NCBI GenBank assembly: GCA_965217115.1
Contig: OZ244239.1
Coordinates: 128,001 to 192,000 of the forward strand
Length of the DNA: 64,000 nt
Direction of reading: 5' to 3'
Source of the DNA: Bdellovibrionales bacterium
GTDB lineage: Bacteria; Bdellovibrionota; Bdellovibrionia; Bdellovibrionales; CAYMLA01
A program made the position numbers and the translations under genes. The notes beneath the pieces are model-generated. The model did no database searches, had not been told where the DNA came from, and was given only the letters and a program-made list of their open reading frames with translations. Position 1 is the first letter of the stretch; every line of letters starts with the position of its first letter. Below are positions 1 through 9,109 of the stretch, in pieces.

Positions 1-3000
1 CAGATAAGTTAGTCTTTTTGCCTAATTGCTTAGAGAATGTAGCTTCAGGGACTGCTTGATTAGATTTGTTAATAAAGGATGAAAATTCGACATTGACTCC
101 CAATTGTTTTTTGATTTCTTTACTAATAGGATTCTTAGTGAGAATAGATGAGCCCAATCGCCATGTTGATTGGACTGCTTGATTGCCAGAATCGATCTCT
201 TCATTTAACTTCTCTGATGTGATACCAAAGGCTAGAAGAGAGACAATATCCTCGTCAGATAATTCTGGGTTACTTTTAAGAGTAACGATAGGATCATTGA
301 GATAGCCTTGTACATCAAGATCAATGGTATAATCTTTTAAATGGGCATTGGCCTCTAAGGTAATATTAGGATTGATTTTCTTCTTTCTTTGGAAAGAGAG
401 AGTGCCATGAATAATATCAAATGGGATATCACGAAAGAGCAATTGACTATGGGGCTCTAATTGAAGATCACCTTGAAGTTGAGGATGTTGAAGACTTCCA
501 TAAACGTCTAACTGCCCCTTGATCTTTCCTTGTATTTCATCGGTCTTAACGACAACAGAATTAGGTATTTTTAGTTTGAGATTAAAAACAAGAGAAGATG
601 AGTCATTATTAAAAATTTTAGGTAGGAATTGATTCCGTTCAATGTAATTAGTTTTTTTGGCCGTGTTCATAAATTTTTGGGAAACTGAGCCATGGTTTAT
701 TTTATAATTACCGGATAATAGATAGGGAAACCATTGCCCTGTAAATTTAAGTTGACCAGTCCCAGTTGTTTTGATTCCTTTTGGTATTTCGATGTGGGTA
801 TTTTCGGTATGGATGTTGATATTAATGGGAATGTTTTTGTAACCGTTGAGATCAATATCTCCCTCTCCCCAGATCTGTCCACTATTAAGTTGAGATTTAA
901 GTGAATTTATAATAATTTTTTTTTGATTAAATAATAAATCTGCTCGAATTTCTTTAAATGTTTCAGTCAGAGTGTGTAGCTTGAGGTATCCTCCATCGAT
1001 AAAAGCAGAGCCAAAGACTCTAGGCTTCAATATGGGGCCTTTGGTGCTGAAGGACATAGATAAAGGCCCACCAATTTCATCAGTAAAGGGGAGAAAAATT
1101 TGCAGAAGATGCAAGTCTGTTTTTCCATTGAAGTTCACATGGAAATATTTTTCCGAAATATTTTTTCCAGTAATATTGAGGAAGCTCTCTTTACCCTTGA
1201 GGGAGAAATTTTCAATATCAATTTTACCTTTATTGAAGATAAATCGGATGGGTTTCGTGTGCGTAGCACTGAGGCGTCCTCGCTTGATGAAGACTTTATT
1301 AATAGTGACATCGCCAGATGAAGTCCAAAAGCCGCCAGACTTAGAAGAGAGTCTAAACTCTGATGTTAATTCCCCTTGGTACTCTTGATGGAGGGAGTGG
1401 GTATTAAAGAATGAGAGAAAACGAGTGTAATTCCAGCGGTTGGTATTAACGTTCAATAAGAAAGGTTGGCCTTTTAATAGAGGATAGCGAAAGCGGCCCT
1501 CAAGTGTATCGGCAAAGAGATTAAAATCTCCAGAGAACTCTTTATCATTGATATTCAAATTAAAATCTGAATCAGAAAACGTCTTATCATTGATAGTTAA
1601 AGATTTAATCTGCCCATAAGACTTGTATTTAGGTTGGGTGACATCACCAGTTAGTTGAGTTGTTGATAGTAGAGAGCCATTTATGTTTTGTCTTACCTGG
1701 CTAATAACATCTGAATCTTCTAAGAAAAAGGGATGTGAAATAATTTTTAGATCTATGGGGCCTCTGTGGTCTAGAGATCCGATAATTTTTATTCGAGAGT
1801 CTCTTTTTTTAAATTCTATATTTTGTACCTCTGAGACACCATTGAGCGCCTTGATATCGATGAGTGCTTGATCATAGGTCTCTATACCTATACTGCCTCG
1901 ATTTAGAACACCTTTCATTTGGTAAGAGAGTTTTTTTATATCTAGTGGTCCGTTGGCTGAAATTTTTCCATGACCTATGCCAAAGATACGAACTGGTATT
2001 GGTAAGATACGTTGTGTTAATTGTTGAATATCTTGAGCTTCTAAATAAGGGAAAGACAGTTGAGAATTAAAAATAGATGTAGATGTATTGAACTTGAAAA
2101 AACCATTGTACAATGTTTGGCCTTGTTTTCCTGAGATATTCTCTAAACTAAGGGACCCATCTCTATACCTTATATTTGTACCTATTTTACCTAAGAAATA
2201 ATTTTTAAGCCAAATATCTCGGCCTATTAAGTCGATGCTTGCGCGTCCCCACTTAAGGGTTCCTTGGGTTTTCCCTGTGATACGAGCAGAGCCTTTAAGA
2301 TTTAAGCCTGAAATATTTTGAATATCCGAGAATAGAAGGCGTGGAGATGCATACTTTATGGAAAACCCTTTATCGTAATCAATGGATCCAGAAGAAGTCC
2401 CTTTGCTCTCTTTTAGAGCAATATCCGCAGAATAGGTGACTTTTTGCAAAGAAATATTAACATCTCCTTCTGCCTGCAGTTGCTCAATATCAACAATATT
2501 AGGAGAAGAGGTAGAGACAGATTTTACAGAGAGATTCTTTGCAGTGATTTTAGCAGAACATTTTATTTGTAATCGAGGATAAACTTCACCTAGACATGGT
2601 ACTTGGCCATTTAAATTTGCTTTTACAAATGAATGACGAACTCCTAGAGAGGCCAAGAGCCGATTAAGCTCTATTTGCTTAATCTTTCCAAAAGTTGATA
2701 TTTGGTATTTAGAATCATTCATGTTGATAGTTGTATTTTCAAGAAGAAGATCTCCAGAAGAGTTTTTTATTTTGGTTTCTTTTAAAAAGATAGACTCATT
2801 GTTTAGGCTCCCTATGATGTCAACTTGGCCGAGTTCATAATGCTTAATGTATGCACTTTGAATTTTCCCATGAAATTTTGAGGTGAACTCTTTATAGGGA
2901 AGAGAGAGCTGTGCTGATAGATCAATGCGGCCTTTTAATTTCGCTATACTTGTCCCTTTAAATAGAAGCTGAACAAATGTTCGCAATTGAGACAGATCAA

Positions 3001-3787
3001 CAGAGGATTCAAGATTAAATTTGCCGTTAATATCCTTTAGAGGGAAGGGCAGCCCGTTTAATGTACCATTTAGATTAATATGATTATTTTTTGAATAGAG
3101 ATAGAATTTTTTTAGGGCCGTGCCTTTGCTAGAGAAATCTAGGGATAATTTAGAGCCAAAACTAAGCTGCTTGCCCTTTTTATGGGGTTTATATTGAAAA
3201 GACCGGGAAAAAAGATAGAGCCCTAATTTATTAGACCTTTTTTTGATAGTTAATACCGTGGAAGAACTCTTAAGTGATTTACCTTTATATGTACTATAAA
3301 ATTCACCGCCTTCAATGGTAAGAGTGTTAAAAGGGAGTGAGAGAGCTTGTTTCATATAACGATCTATTGTCTTTTTTGAGGAGTAAACATTCTCTGAGTG
3401 AGATTCATTTTTTAGTAAACCGTCTATCTTAATTTTAAGATTGGGTTCTTGAATGATAATACTTGAAATTCTGAGTTTAAACTGGAGAAGTGAAAAAATG
3501 TTAGGAGTGATGATCACAGAGTTAATGCTTGTAATATCAATTGAGTTTTTAATTTTCTCAGGGAGAGAGATATTGATACCGCTAATCTTTAAACCTAATG
3601 GAAAGATACTTAAAGAAGCCCTCTCAGCCAGGACATTAACTGATAGATAGCGTTTGCCGATGGAGCTAATTTTAGTGAGAGCTAAAGATTGAAGATAGGG
3701 CGTATAATGTGTAGTCGTAATTCCTATTAATGCAACGAGTGCGCTGGCAGAAATGATTTTTTTTAAATTATTTTTTAAAAAATTCAT
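1..3787 (-). CDS. tamB: Translocation/assembly module TamB (AsmA-like, DUF490 C-terminus); 3' end runs off the window; absent from the ORF track
   Basis: Both ends translated by hand and found in the same frame; the middle was not checked codon by codon. ATG at 3787 overlaps the upstream TGA (ATGA) and reads MNFLKNNLKKIISASALVALIGITT (membrane anchor). The left end reads DYTIDLDVQGYLNDPIVTLKSNPELSDEDIVSLLAFG, typical of the TamB C-terminal region. Confidence 0.8.
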   Translation of the reverse strand, partial: MNFLKNNLKKIISASALVALIGITTTHYTPYLQSLALTKISSIGKRYLSVNVLAERASLSIFPLGLKISGINISLPEKIKNSIDITSINSVIITPNIFSLLQFKLRISSIIIQEPNLKIKIDGLLKNESHSENVYSSKKTIDRYMKQALSLPFNTLTIEGGEFYSTYKGKSLKSSSTVLTIKKRSNKLGLYLFSRSFQYKPHKKGKQLSFGSKLSLDFSSKGTALKKFYLYSKNNHINLNGTLNGLPFPLKDINGKFNLESSVDLSQLRTFVQLLFKGTSIAKLKGRIDLSAQLSLPYKEFTSKFHGKIQSAYIKHYELGQVDIIGSLNNESIFLKETKIKNSSGDLLLENTTINMNDSKYQISTFGKIKQIELNRLLASLGVRHSFVKANLNGQVPCLGEVYPRLQIKCSAKITAKNLSVKSVSTSSPNIVDIEQLQAEGDVNISLQKVTYSADIALKESKGTSSGSIDYDKGFSIKYASPRLLFSDIQNISGLNLKGSARITGKTQGTLKWGRASIDLIGRDIWLKNYFLGKIGTNIRYRDGSLSLENISGKQGQTLYNGFFKFNTSTSIFNSQLSFPYLEAQDIQQLTQRILPIPVRIFGIGHGKISANGPLDIKKLSYQMKGVLNRGSIGIETYDQALIDIKALNGVSEVQNIEFKKRDSRIKIIGSLDHRGPIDLKIISHPFFLEDSDVISQVRQNINGSLLSTTQLTGDVTQPKYKSYGQIKSLTINDKTFSDSDFNLNINDKEFSGDFNLFADTLEGRFRYPLLKGQPFLLNVNTNRWNYTRFLSFFNTHSLHQEYQGELTSEFRLSSKSGGFWTSSGDVTINKVFIKRGRLSATHTKPIRFIFNKGKIDIENFSLKGKESFLNITGKNISEKYFHVNFNGKTDLHLLQIFLPFTDEIGGPLSMSFSTKGPILKPRVFGSAFIDGGYLKLHTLTETFKEIRADLLFNQKKIIINSLKSQLNSGQIWGEGDIDLNGYKNIPININIHTENTHIEIPKGIKTTGTGQLKFTGQWFPYLLSGNYKINHGSVSQKFMNTAKKTNYIERNQFLPKIFNNDSSSLVFNLKLKIPNSVVVKTDEIQGKIKGQLDVYGSLQHPQLQGDLQLEPHSQLLFRDIPFDIIHGTLSFQRKKKINPNITLEANAHLKDYTIDLDVQGYLNDPIVTLKSNPELSDEDIVSLLAFGITSEKLNEEIDSGNQAVQSTWRLGSSILTKNPISKEIKKQLGVNVEFSSFINKSNQAVPEATFSKQLGKKTNLS

Positions 3788-4869
3788 TTTGTCGGCCCAG
3801 ACAGTTTAAATAAGAGAGCTTGAGCATTTCTGTAATGTGGACGTAACTTCACAATTCCTCTGAGTATGGAAATGGCCTTTTCTTTTTGTCCTATACCTTC
3901 CATTGCCCTTGCCCGTCCGTAGCTGATAGCAAACATTGTATCAGGATTTTCAGAGTATTTCTCTTCTATTTTTTCTAAATGGGCTAGGGCATCAATCTCA
4001 CGGTGACAATCTAAGTAAAGCTCAAGAAGAAGCCAGTAGTAACTATGATTAGTTTTGAGATCATGATTGGGCATAAACTCCTCAAGCAGTTTTAAAGCCA
4101 TTTGAGAATCATCCATCTGCTGTAGCATGATGGCAAAATTTAATATTTGAGAGGTCAAATGAGCTTTATGCTTCTCCTTGTTTAGCTGTTCTTTCATTTG
4201 TATGAAGAGAGATTTGGCCATTTCGATATCTGTCTCTGTCTGGGTAGAGGAATCCCGTTCTATTTGTTTCCATTTAGCGGAGTGAACTTTTTCTCCGAGA
4301 ATTTTTCTCGCCCAACGTTCTTTATAAATGACATCTTCTTTAGAATTTTCTGTGTCCTTAGGGAAGAGACGTGCCCATTTTTTTAGAATAGCCTCTTCCT
4401 GTTCGAGTATTTGTTGAGTACGAGCGATGTCCAACTCTTCTCTGAGCAGTTGTTTTTTACTTTTGTATTGTAAATATCGGTCTTCTTCCTGTCTTTGACG
4501 AATGTCGATTAAATCGTCACAGAAGCTATCCAGTTCTTTTATCTGAGAGAGTGTTTCTATGGCCTTCCTCTCCTTTGCTCCTTTGACGAGTGCCCTTAAA
4601 AATTTTTCCTTATCATCATCAAGGCCTTCAGAGATGGCCATTGCCAGTTGTGGCCAAGGAACAGGGCGTTTTCTTCTTATGGCATAAACACCGTTAGACA
4701 GGAGAGTGGGAAAGAATCCGCAATTAAATAGGAATGATGCAACTTGAGTGACTTCCTGAGCTTCAAAATCACCTCTTTGCCATTGTTTAGTAAGAGCATC
4801 GGCAACAATGTAAGGGTCTCCCATTTCATGGAGTAATTGATGAATCTTCATTTCGATGGATTGTGACAA
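3784..4869 (-). CDS. Helical protein with C-terminal tetratricopeptide repeat, coupled to tamB
   Basis: C-terminal YGRARAMEGIGQKEKAISILRGIVKLRPHYRNA is TPR-like; GGAGG RBS upstream of TTG; 4-bp overlap with tamB. Confidence 0.7.
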   Translation of the reverse strand: MSQSIEMKIHQLLHEMGDPYIVADALTKQWQRGDFEAQEVTQVASFLFNCGFFPTLLSNGVYAIRRKRPVPWPQLAMAISEGLDDDKEKFLRALVKGAKERKAIETLSQIKELDSFCDDLIDIRQRQEEDRYLQYKSKKQLLREELDIARTQQILEQEEAILKKWARLFPKDTENSKEDVIYKERWARKILGEKVHSAKWKQIERDSSTQTETDIEMAKSLFIQMKEQLNKEKHKAHLTSQILNFAIMLQQMDDSQMALKLLEEFMPNHDLKTNHSYYWLLLELYLDCHREIDALAHLEKIEEKYSENPDTMFAISYGRARAMEGIGQKEKAISILRGIVKLRPHYRNAQALLFKLSGPTK

Positions 4870-5006
4870 TGCCCCTCCAGATGTCTTAACTTATTTTAAG
4901 CCTCTTTATGGAAAAAATGAAGGTTCTTTGAAAGCATTTTAAGGAGTTAGACCCTGTCTAATGCGGTGAGTCGCTCACATTGTAAGCCCTCCCATCAATC
5001 TGGAGT

Positions 5007-5374
5007 GGTTCTTTGTGATAAATAGTGGAACTGTTCCCAAGAGACCCATCTTGAGGGCTCTCTTTCTAAAACTATCCATGGATAACAGCGTTGTCATACA
5101 TGGAGGTCAGTCATAGAAAGAGATCCATTGACCCATTGATTGAATACGGCCTTTTTTTCTAGAGTCTCTCCCAAAAGAATCCAGTTCTTTTCGGCGAGTT
5201 TGGCTTGGCGACTTCCATTGCATTTCCTTGCAATGGAAGGTGACAAACGGATGTTTGAGCAAGAAAAGGGCTGGATTCTTTTGGGAGAGACTCTAGAAAA
5301 AAAACGGGTCATCAGAAAAAAACTGGCTCCACTATTGTTTGTCATAAAGAACTTATTGTTTGTCATAAAGAATC
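5007..5374 (+). mobile_element. MITE-like non-autonomous element, copy 1 (368 bp)
   Basis: Imperfect TIRs GGTTCTTTGTGATAAATAGTGGA and TCCACTATTGTTTGTCATAAAGAA(TC). Exact 8-bp direct repeat TCTGGAGT at 4999-5006 and 5375-5382. High identity to the copies at 13311 and 51785. Confidence 0.9.
5152..5303 (+). repeat. Long inverted repeat / hairpin inside the MITE
   Basis: 5152-5184 pairs perfectly (33 bp) with 5271-5303 and extends 8 bp inward with G-U pairs. Apical stem CTTCCATTGCA/TGCAATGGAAG at 5212-5239. Confidence 0.95.
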
Positions 5375-5529
5375 TCTGGAGTCTTGGGAAAGTGACAATT
5401 TGGGGCTGTCGAGGGTAGTTTCTTCAAAATAAATATCTGGAGAAGAAATGTCACGGTTTTGAACTGGTATTGAGACTGCATAGTATTGGGAGTTGGAACT
5501 ATTTCTAGAGAGTCTTTGGAGGAAAAACA

Positions 5530-6369
5530 ATGGGAGCTTTTGGTAGAGCGTTTATTCTGATATTGCTTCTTATGGGCTGTAGTCGTCAGGCACAGGAGAC
5601 TGAATTTAGTGATTTGTATTATCTTATTGATTTAAATAGATATGAGGAAGCAATGAGAAAAAATGACTCTCTGATCTCAAAGTATCCGGAGAATGAAGAC
5701 TTACGAGTCATAAAGGCATCTATCTATGCGTCTCAGGCCAAATTGTCCATATGGGATTTTAAGGAGTTTAGTCTGACCTATTCTGAAACAGAAGATATAC
5801 CTAAGACGGGCGAATCGTCTTCTTCGTTAAAGCTCCTTTTAGAAAGAGTTGAAAAGCTTGGTATTAATAGGAAAGACCTTGGAGCATTTAAAAAATTCAT
5901 CAAGGATCTGGAATTCATTGAAAGAGAAAAAAATAGGTTTAGCTCATTGCCTAAATTTTCTTATGATCAGCAAATATATTTAAATCAAGCCACCTCTTAC
6001 CTAAGAGGGGTGTCTCTAAAGAAGAAAGAAAATCGACTCTATCGCGTCATTTTAGAAATGCTAAATTTACGTTATGAATTATCTAACAAGCCTTATTTTA
6101 ATTCCAGCTACATCATGGAGATAAGATGTGTTGAGAAAATCAATATCGTGGCCGTGAACTTTGTCAGGGTTTTTGATCAATTATTAAGAATCATTGGTGA
6201 TTTACGTCAAATTACTCCCGGAAAAGAGAAGGACCTCTCCCACTTTAAGGGGGCGTTGGAAAAAGGCAAAGAGAGTATTAGCCAGTGGAAGAGGGAGATC
6301 ACTAGAGATGGGGGACTTTTGAAGCAGTTTTTTCTTGATAGTAACAAGTCTGGGAAGCGGTGCTTATAG
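5530..6369 (+). CDS. Putative lipoprotein with N-terminal TPR-like motif
   Basis: Lipobox LLMGC after a hydrophobic core; GGAGG RBS; YEEAMRKNDSLISKYPENEDLRVIKASIY is TPR-like. Confidence 0.65.
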   Translation: MGAFGRAFILILLLMGCSRQAQETEFSDLYYLIDLNRYEEAMRKNDSLISKYPENEDLRVIKASIYASQAKLSIWDFKEFSLTYSETEDIPKTGESSSSLKLLLERVEKLGINRKDLGAFKKFIKDLEFIEREKNRFSSLPKFSYDQQIYLNQATSYLRGVSLKKKENRLYRVILEMLNLRYELSNKPYFNSSYIMEIRCVEKINIVAVNFVRVFDQLLRIIGDLRQITPGKEKDLSHFKGALEKGKESISQWKREITRDGGLLKQFFLDSNKSGKRCL

Positions 6370-7397
6370 TGAGAATCCTATTACGATTATTTTTTATAAA
6401 TCTTCTCTGTGCCAATCAAATAATGGGGCAGGAGTTGATTAGTGAGATTCCAGGTCATTTACAAAAGCCTGCTTCCTCGCCCTGTGGATTATCTACGAAT
6501 TCCTTGTACTGGCTTCCCTGTAAGAGCTTTCTCTTAGGAGAGCCTCGCCAGACCCATGGGGGAATGAATTTACTTTTTGGCGGAGACATTAACTCCCTAC
6601 CTGCTCTCATTCGATTGACCGAAGGAAAGGCATCTCCCAGGGATATTCTTGATCTTATCGATGAAAAAGAGCGATACGATCTCTATACTGATGTGAGTTT
6701 TAGCTTGATAGGTACAAATTACGGGTTTTCTTTCACCCCCTATAGAGCGAGACTCTTCTCTAAAACAACGAATCTCGCATTGCCACGATTGATATTATTT
6801 TCTCTATTAGAGAGAGAGTTGAATTTGCAGACGGGCACCTATCTTTGGGGCGACTGGTATGGAGGGTTGGAGTTAAGACTCATTGAGACGAAAGTGCTTA
6901 GAGCAGATGTGCCTCTCTTAGGAGTGATTGTCAATGATGAGTTAGAAGAGAGACTCTCTACCGAGACTCAAAAAGGAATTTATTTTAATCCTAGTTTATT
7001 CTATGAATGGGAAAAAATCCAGGGGAAGCCTGGATTATTTTTAGAGGCACACGGACTGGGCTTTGTTAATAAACCTATTTCTGATTGGTCACGACCCATA
7101 GAGATCGTTGCGGGCGTGAAGGGGCAACTGACACTCTTCTCTGGTATACTAGACGTTTCTTTTCAGCACAGAGGTTATCCTCGGGGTGAAGATTACGTGG
7201 ATAGTTTTGACTTTGACTGGAGCTATAGTTACGGCGAGCTGGGCTTTTATGGCTCCCATGATAGGTATCGCTGGCAAGTAGGGGGAGATTGGCGCCGTGG
7301 ATTTTGGCAGACGGGTCTGAGTTTTTTAGAAGAGGACTTTGGGGGCTTCATAGGCCAGCGTCAGACTATTCTGTGGCGGTATGGAGTCTTTTTTTAA
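6360..7397 (+). CDS. Putative outer-membrane beta-barrel protein
   Basis: Signal-peptide-like N-terminus, alternating aromatic/Gly beta-strands, C-terminal ...LWRYGVFF (BAM-type terminal Phe); overlaps the upstream lipoprotein gene. Confidence 0.6.
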   Translation: MLIVRILLRLFFINLLCANQIMGQELISEIPGHLQKPASSPCGLSTNSLYWLPCKSFLLGEPRQTHGGMNLLFGGDINSLPALIRLTEGKASPRDILDLIDEKERYDLYTDVSFSLIGTNYGFSFTPYRARLFSKTTNLALPRLILFSLLERELNLQTGTYLWGDWYGGLELRLIETKVLRADVPLLGVIVNDELEERLSTETQKGIYFNPSLFYEWEKIQGKPGLFLEAHGLGFVNKPISDWSRPIEIVAGVKGQLTLFSGILDVSFQHRGYPRGEDYVDSFDFDWSYSYGELGFYGSHDRYRWQVGGDWRRGFWQTGLSFLEEDFGGFIGQRQTILWRYGVFF

Positions 7398-7465
7398 GAT
7401 TACTTAAGGTGCCTTGCTTAAAGCCGGAAATTAAGCAAGAATACTCTTCATAGTTTAGAAGGAGG

Positions 7466-8038
7466 GTGTGTATGCCTGTATTTTTCGTCAGTGTTATTAT
7501 CTTTGTTTTTGTAATTATCGGTTGTTCTTCAAACCCCCATAAAGCCCATAAAATTGATACAGGCCTCGATAATGATTCTGTTATTTCTGGTGACACGCGA
7601 TTAGGAGTGAAAGATGGAAACCTGATCGTGCAAAAAAGAGTAAAAATGAACGAAGAGCTGCGTAGTTTGCAAAATGAAGTCTACGGCTTAGAGGACCGCG
7701 TTTACGGTCATAGAAAATATGGCTCCCATGGTTTGTACGGAGCAGTGAAGAAATGTCGTGTGGAACAAATCGCGCCTGAGAATGGAGGTGACGGTAAGTT
7801 AAAATGGCAGGAACCCATTGATCGAATCACTGATAGAGAAGAGAAATTTAAAATTGGAGTGGATGAGAATAAAAAGATTTCGGGAGTTTCAGAGGAATAC
7901 TTAAAGAATCGCATTAAGCGGTTTAGAGGTTATCGTAAGACTCTTCAAAAGCGTGAAGATGAGTACCAGAGTAAATTAGATATCTGTAAAGCAGCTCTAA
8001 GAGCACAGAAATACAAATTAGAACATTCAACGGACTAG
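7466..8038 (+). CDS. Putative lipoprotein with coiled coil (start may be ATG 7472)
   Basis: Lipobox IIGC-SS; GGAGG RBS; long helical/coiled-coil segments. Confidence 0.7.
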   Translation: MCMPVFFVSVIIFVFVIIGCSSNPHKAHKIDTGLDNDSVISGDTRLGVKDGNLIVQKRVKMNEELRSLQNEVYGLEDRVYGHRKYGSHGLYGAVKKCRVEQIAPENGGDGKLKWQEPIDRITDREEKFKIGVDENKKISGVSEEYLKNRIKRFRGYRKTLQKREDEYQSKLDICKAALRAQKYKLEHSTD

Positions 8039-8057
8039 GTATAACAAGGCGGTTTCT

Positions 8058-9095
8058 TTGGTTTGGCTGCATGATTTAGATCCCTTTGCGATTCATATCT
8101 CAGGTGATTTTGGTATTCGTTGGTATGGCTTGGCTTACCTAATGGGTTTTTTCTCAGGTCATCTTCTCATTAAGTTCTTGGCTAAAAGGGGTCGATTAGA
8201 ATTAGAAGTTGAAAAGGCTTGGGATTTTGTCACCTACGTGGCGGTTGGAACCATGGTTGGTGGTCGCTTGGGATATGTGCTTTTTTACAGTCCGGCACTT
8301 CTGTGGGAGTTTTCATCACAGATTCCTTTTTGGGGAGTGTTGGGAGTGAACGAAGGTGGGATGTCTAGCCACGGTGGTATGTTGGGAGTTATGCTTGCGT
8401 GTTTTTTATTTGGTCGTAAATACAAGATATCTTTTAAGCACCTGTGTGATTTGACTATCTTAGGGGCGACCATTGGTATCTTCTTTGGTCGCATAGCTAA
8501 TTTTATCAATGGAGAATTAGTGGGACGGCCATCTTCAGAGGGCTTCCCTTTTGTTGTTAAATTTTCTCAAGATATATTGTCTTGGCCCTATAATAAGATG
8601 ACGGCTCTAGTAGACGTGGTTGATAAGGTGGGCGTGTCTTCCCAGCAGTGGACGGAATGGTTGAATGGTCGAGGTGTTGCTGGAGGCAATGCACGGCAAC
8701 GTATATATAATACACTGGGAAAGATTATTGAAGGTGTTCAGAATGGAAATGTGGAGTTAAAAGAAGCCCTGGCTCCCCATCTAGTGGGACGCTATCCATC
8801 ACAGTTGATTGCCAGTTTCTTAGAAGGTGGCTTGATTTTTATCCTATTGTTTTTTCTCTGGAAGAAACCTCGTAAACCAGGGATTATTGGAAGCTGCTTT
8901 GTTATTATCTACGCCGTTGTTCGCATTTTCAATGAGCAGTTTCGTATGCCAGACGCCCATCTTGGTTTCCAAGCACTGGGTATGACCAGAGGACAGTGGC
9001 TGAGTGTCGGAATGTTATTTATCGGTTTTGCCTTAATGTATATCTTTAACAAATCTGACGACAAGCCTTTGGGTGGCTGGGGAAAAGCGAATTAG
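8058..9095 (+). CDS. lgt: Prolipoprotein diacylglyceryl transferase
   Basis: Motifs IRWYG, GGRLGYVLFY, GGMSSHGG, GRIANFINGEL.GR, PSQL, R...E.FR.PD. Confidence 0.95.
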   Translation: MVWLHDLDPFAIHISGDFGIRWYGLAYLMGFFSGHLLIKFLAKRGRLELEVEKAWDFVTYVAVGTMVGGRLGYVLFYSPALLWEFSSQIPFWGVLGVNEGGMSSHGGMLGVMLACFLFGRKYKISFKHLCDLTILGATIGIFFGRIANFINGELVGRPSSEGFPFVVKFSQDILSWPYNKMTALVDVVDKVGVSSQQWTEWLNGRGVAGGNARQRIYNTLGKIIEGVQNGNVELKEALAPHLVGRYPSQLIASFLEGGLIFILLFFLWKKPRKPGIIGSCFVIIYAVVRIFNEQFRMPDAHLGFQALGMTRGQWLSVGMLFIGFALMYIFNKSDDKPLGGWGKAN

Positions 9096-9109
9096 GCTGT
9101 TCAGTTATT

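Noticed and set aside
22..3650. Eight short ORFs listed in the first 3.7 kb
   Set aside because: Shadow or alternate-frame ORFs of the long minus-strand tamB frame.
5007..5374. Integron attC site, REP/IS200-type hairpin or retron msr-msd as the identity of the repeat
   Set aside because: TIRs with 8-bp TSDs point to DDE transposition; no GTTRRRY core boxes, tyrosine or HUH recombinase, or reverse transcriptase is seen.
5094..5418. ORFs on both strands of the MITE (also 51754-51978, 51806-52006, 51856-52098)
   Set aside because: They are products of the palindrome. In copy 2 a single substitution (CTAG) puts a stop in both main frames while preserving pairing, and there is no transposase similarity.
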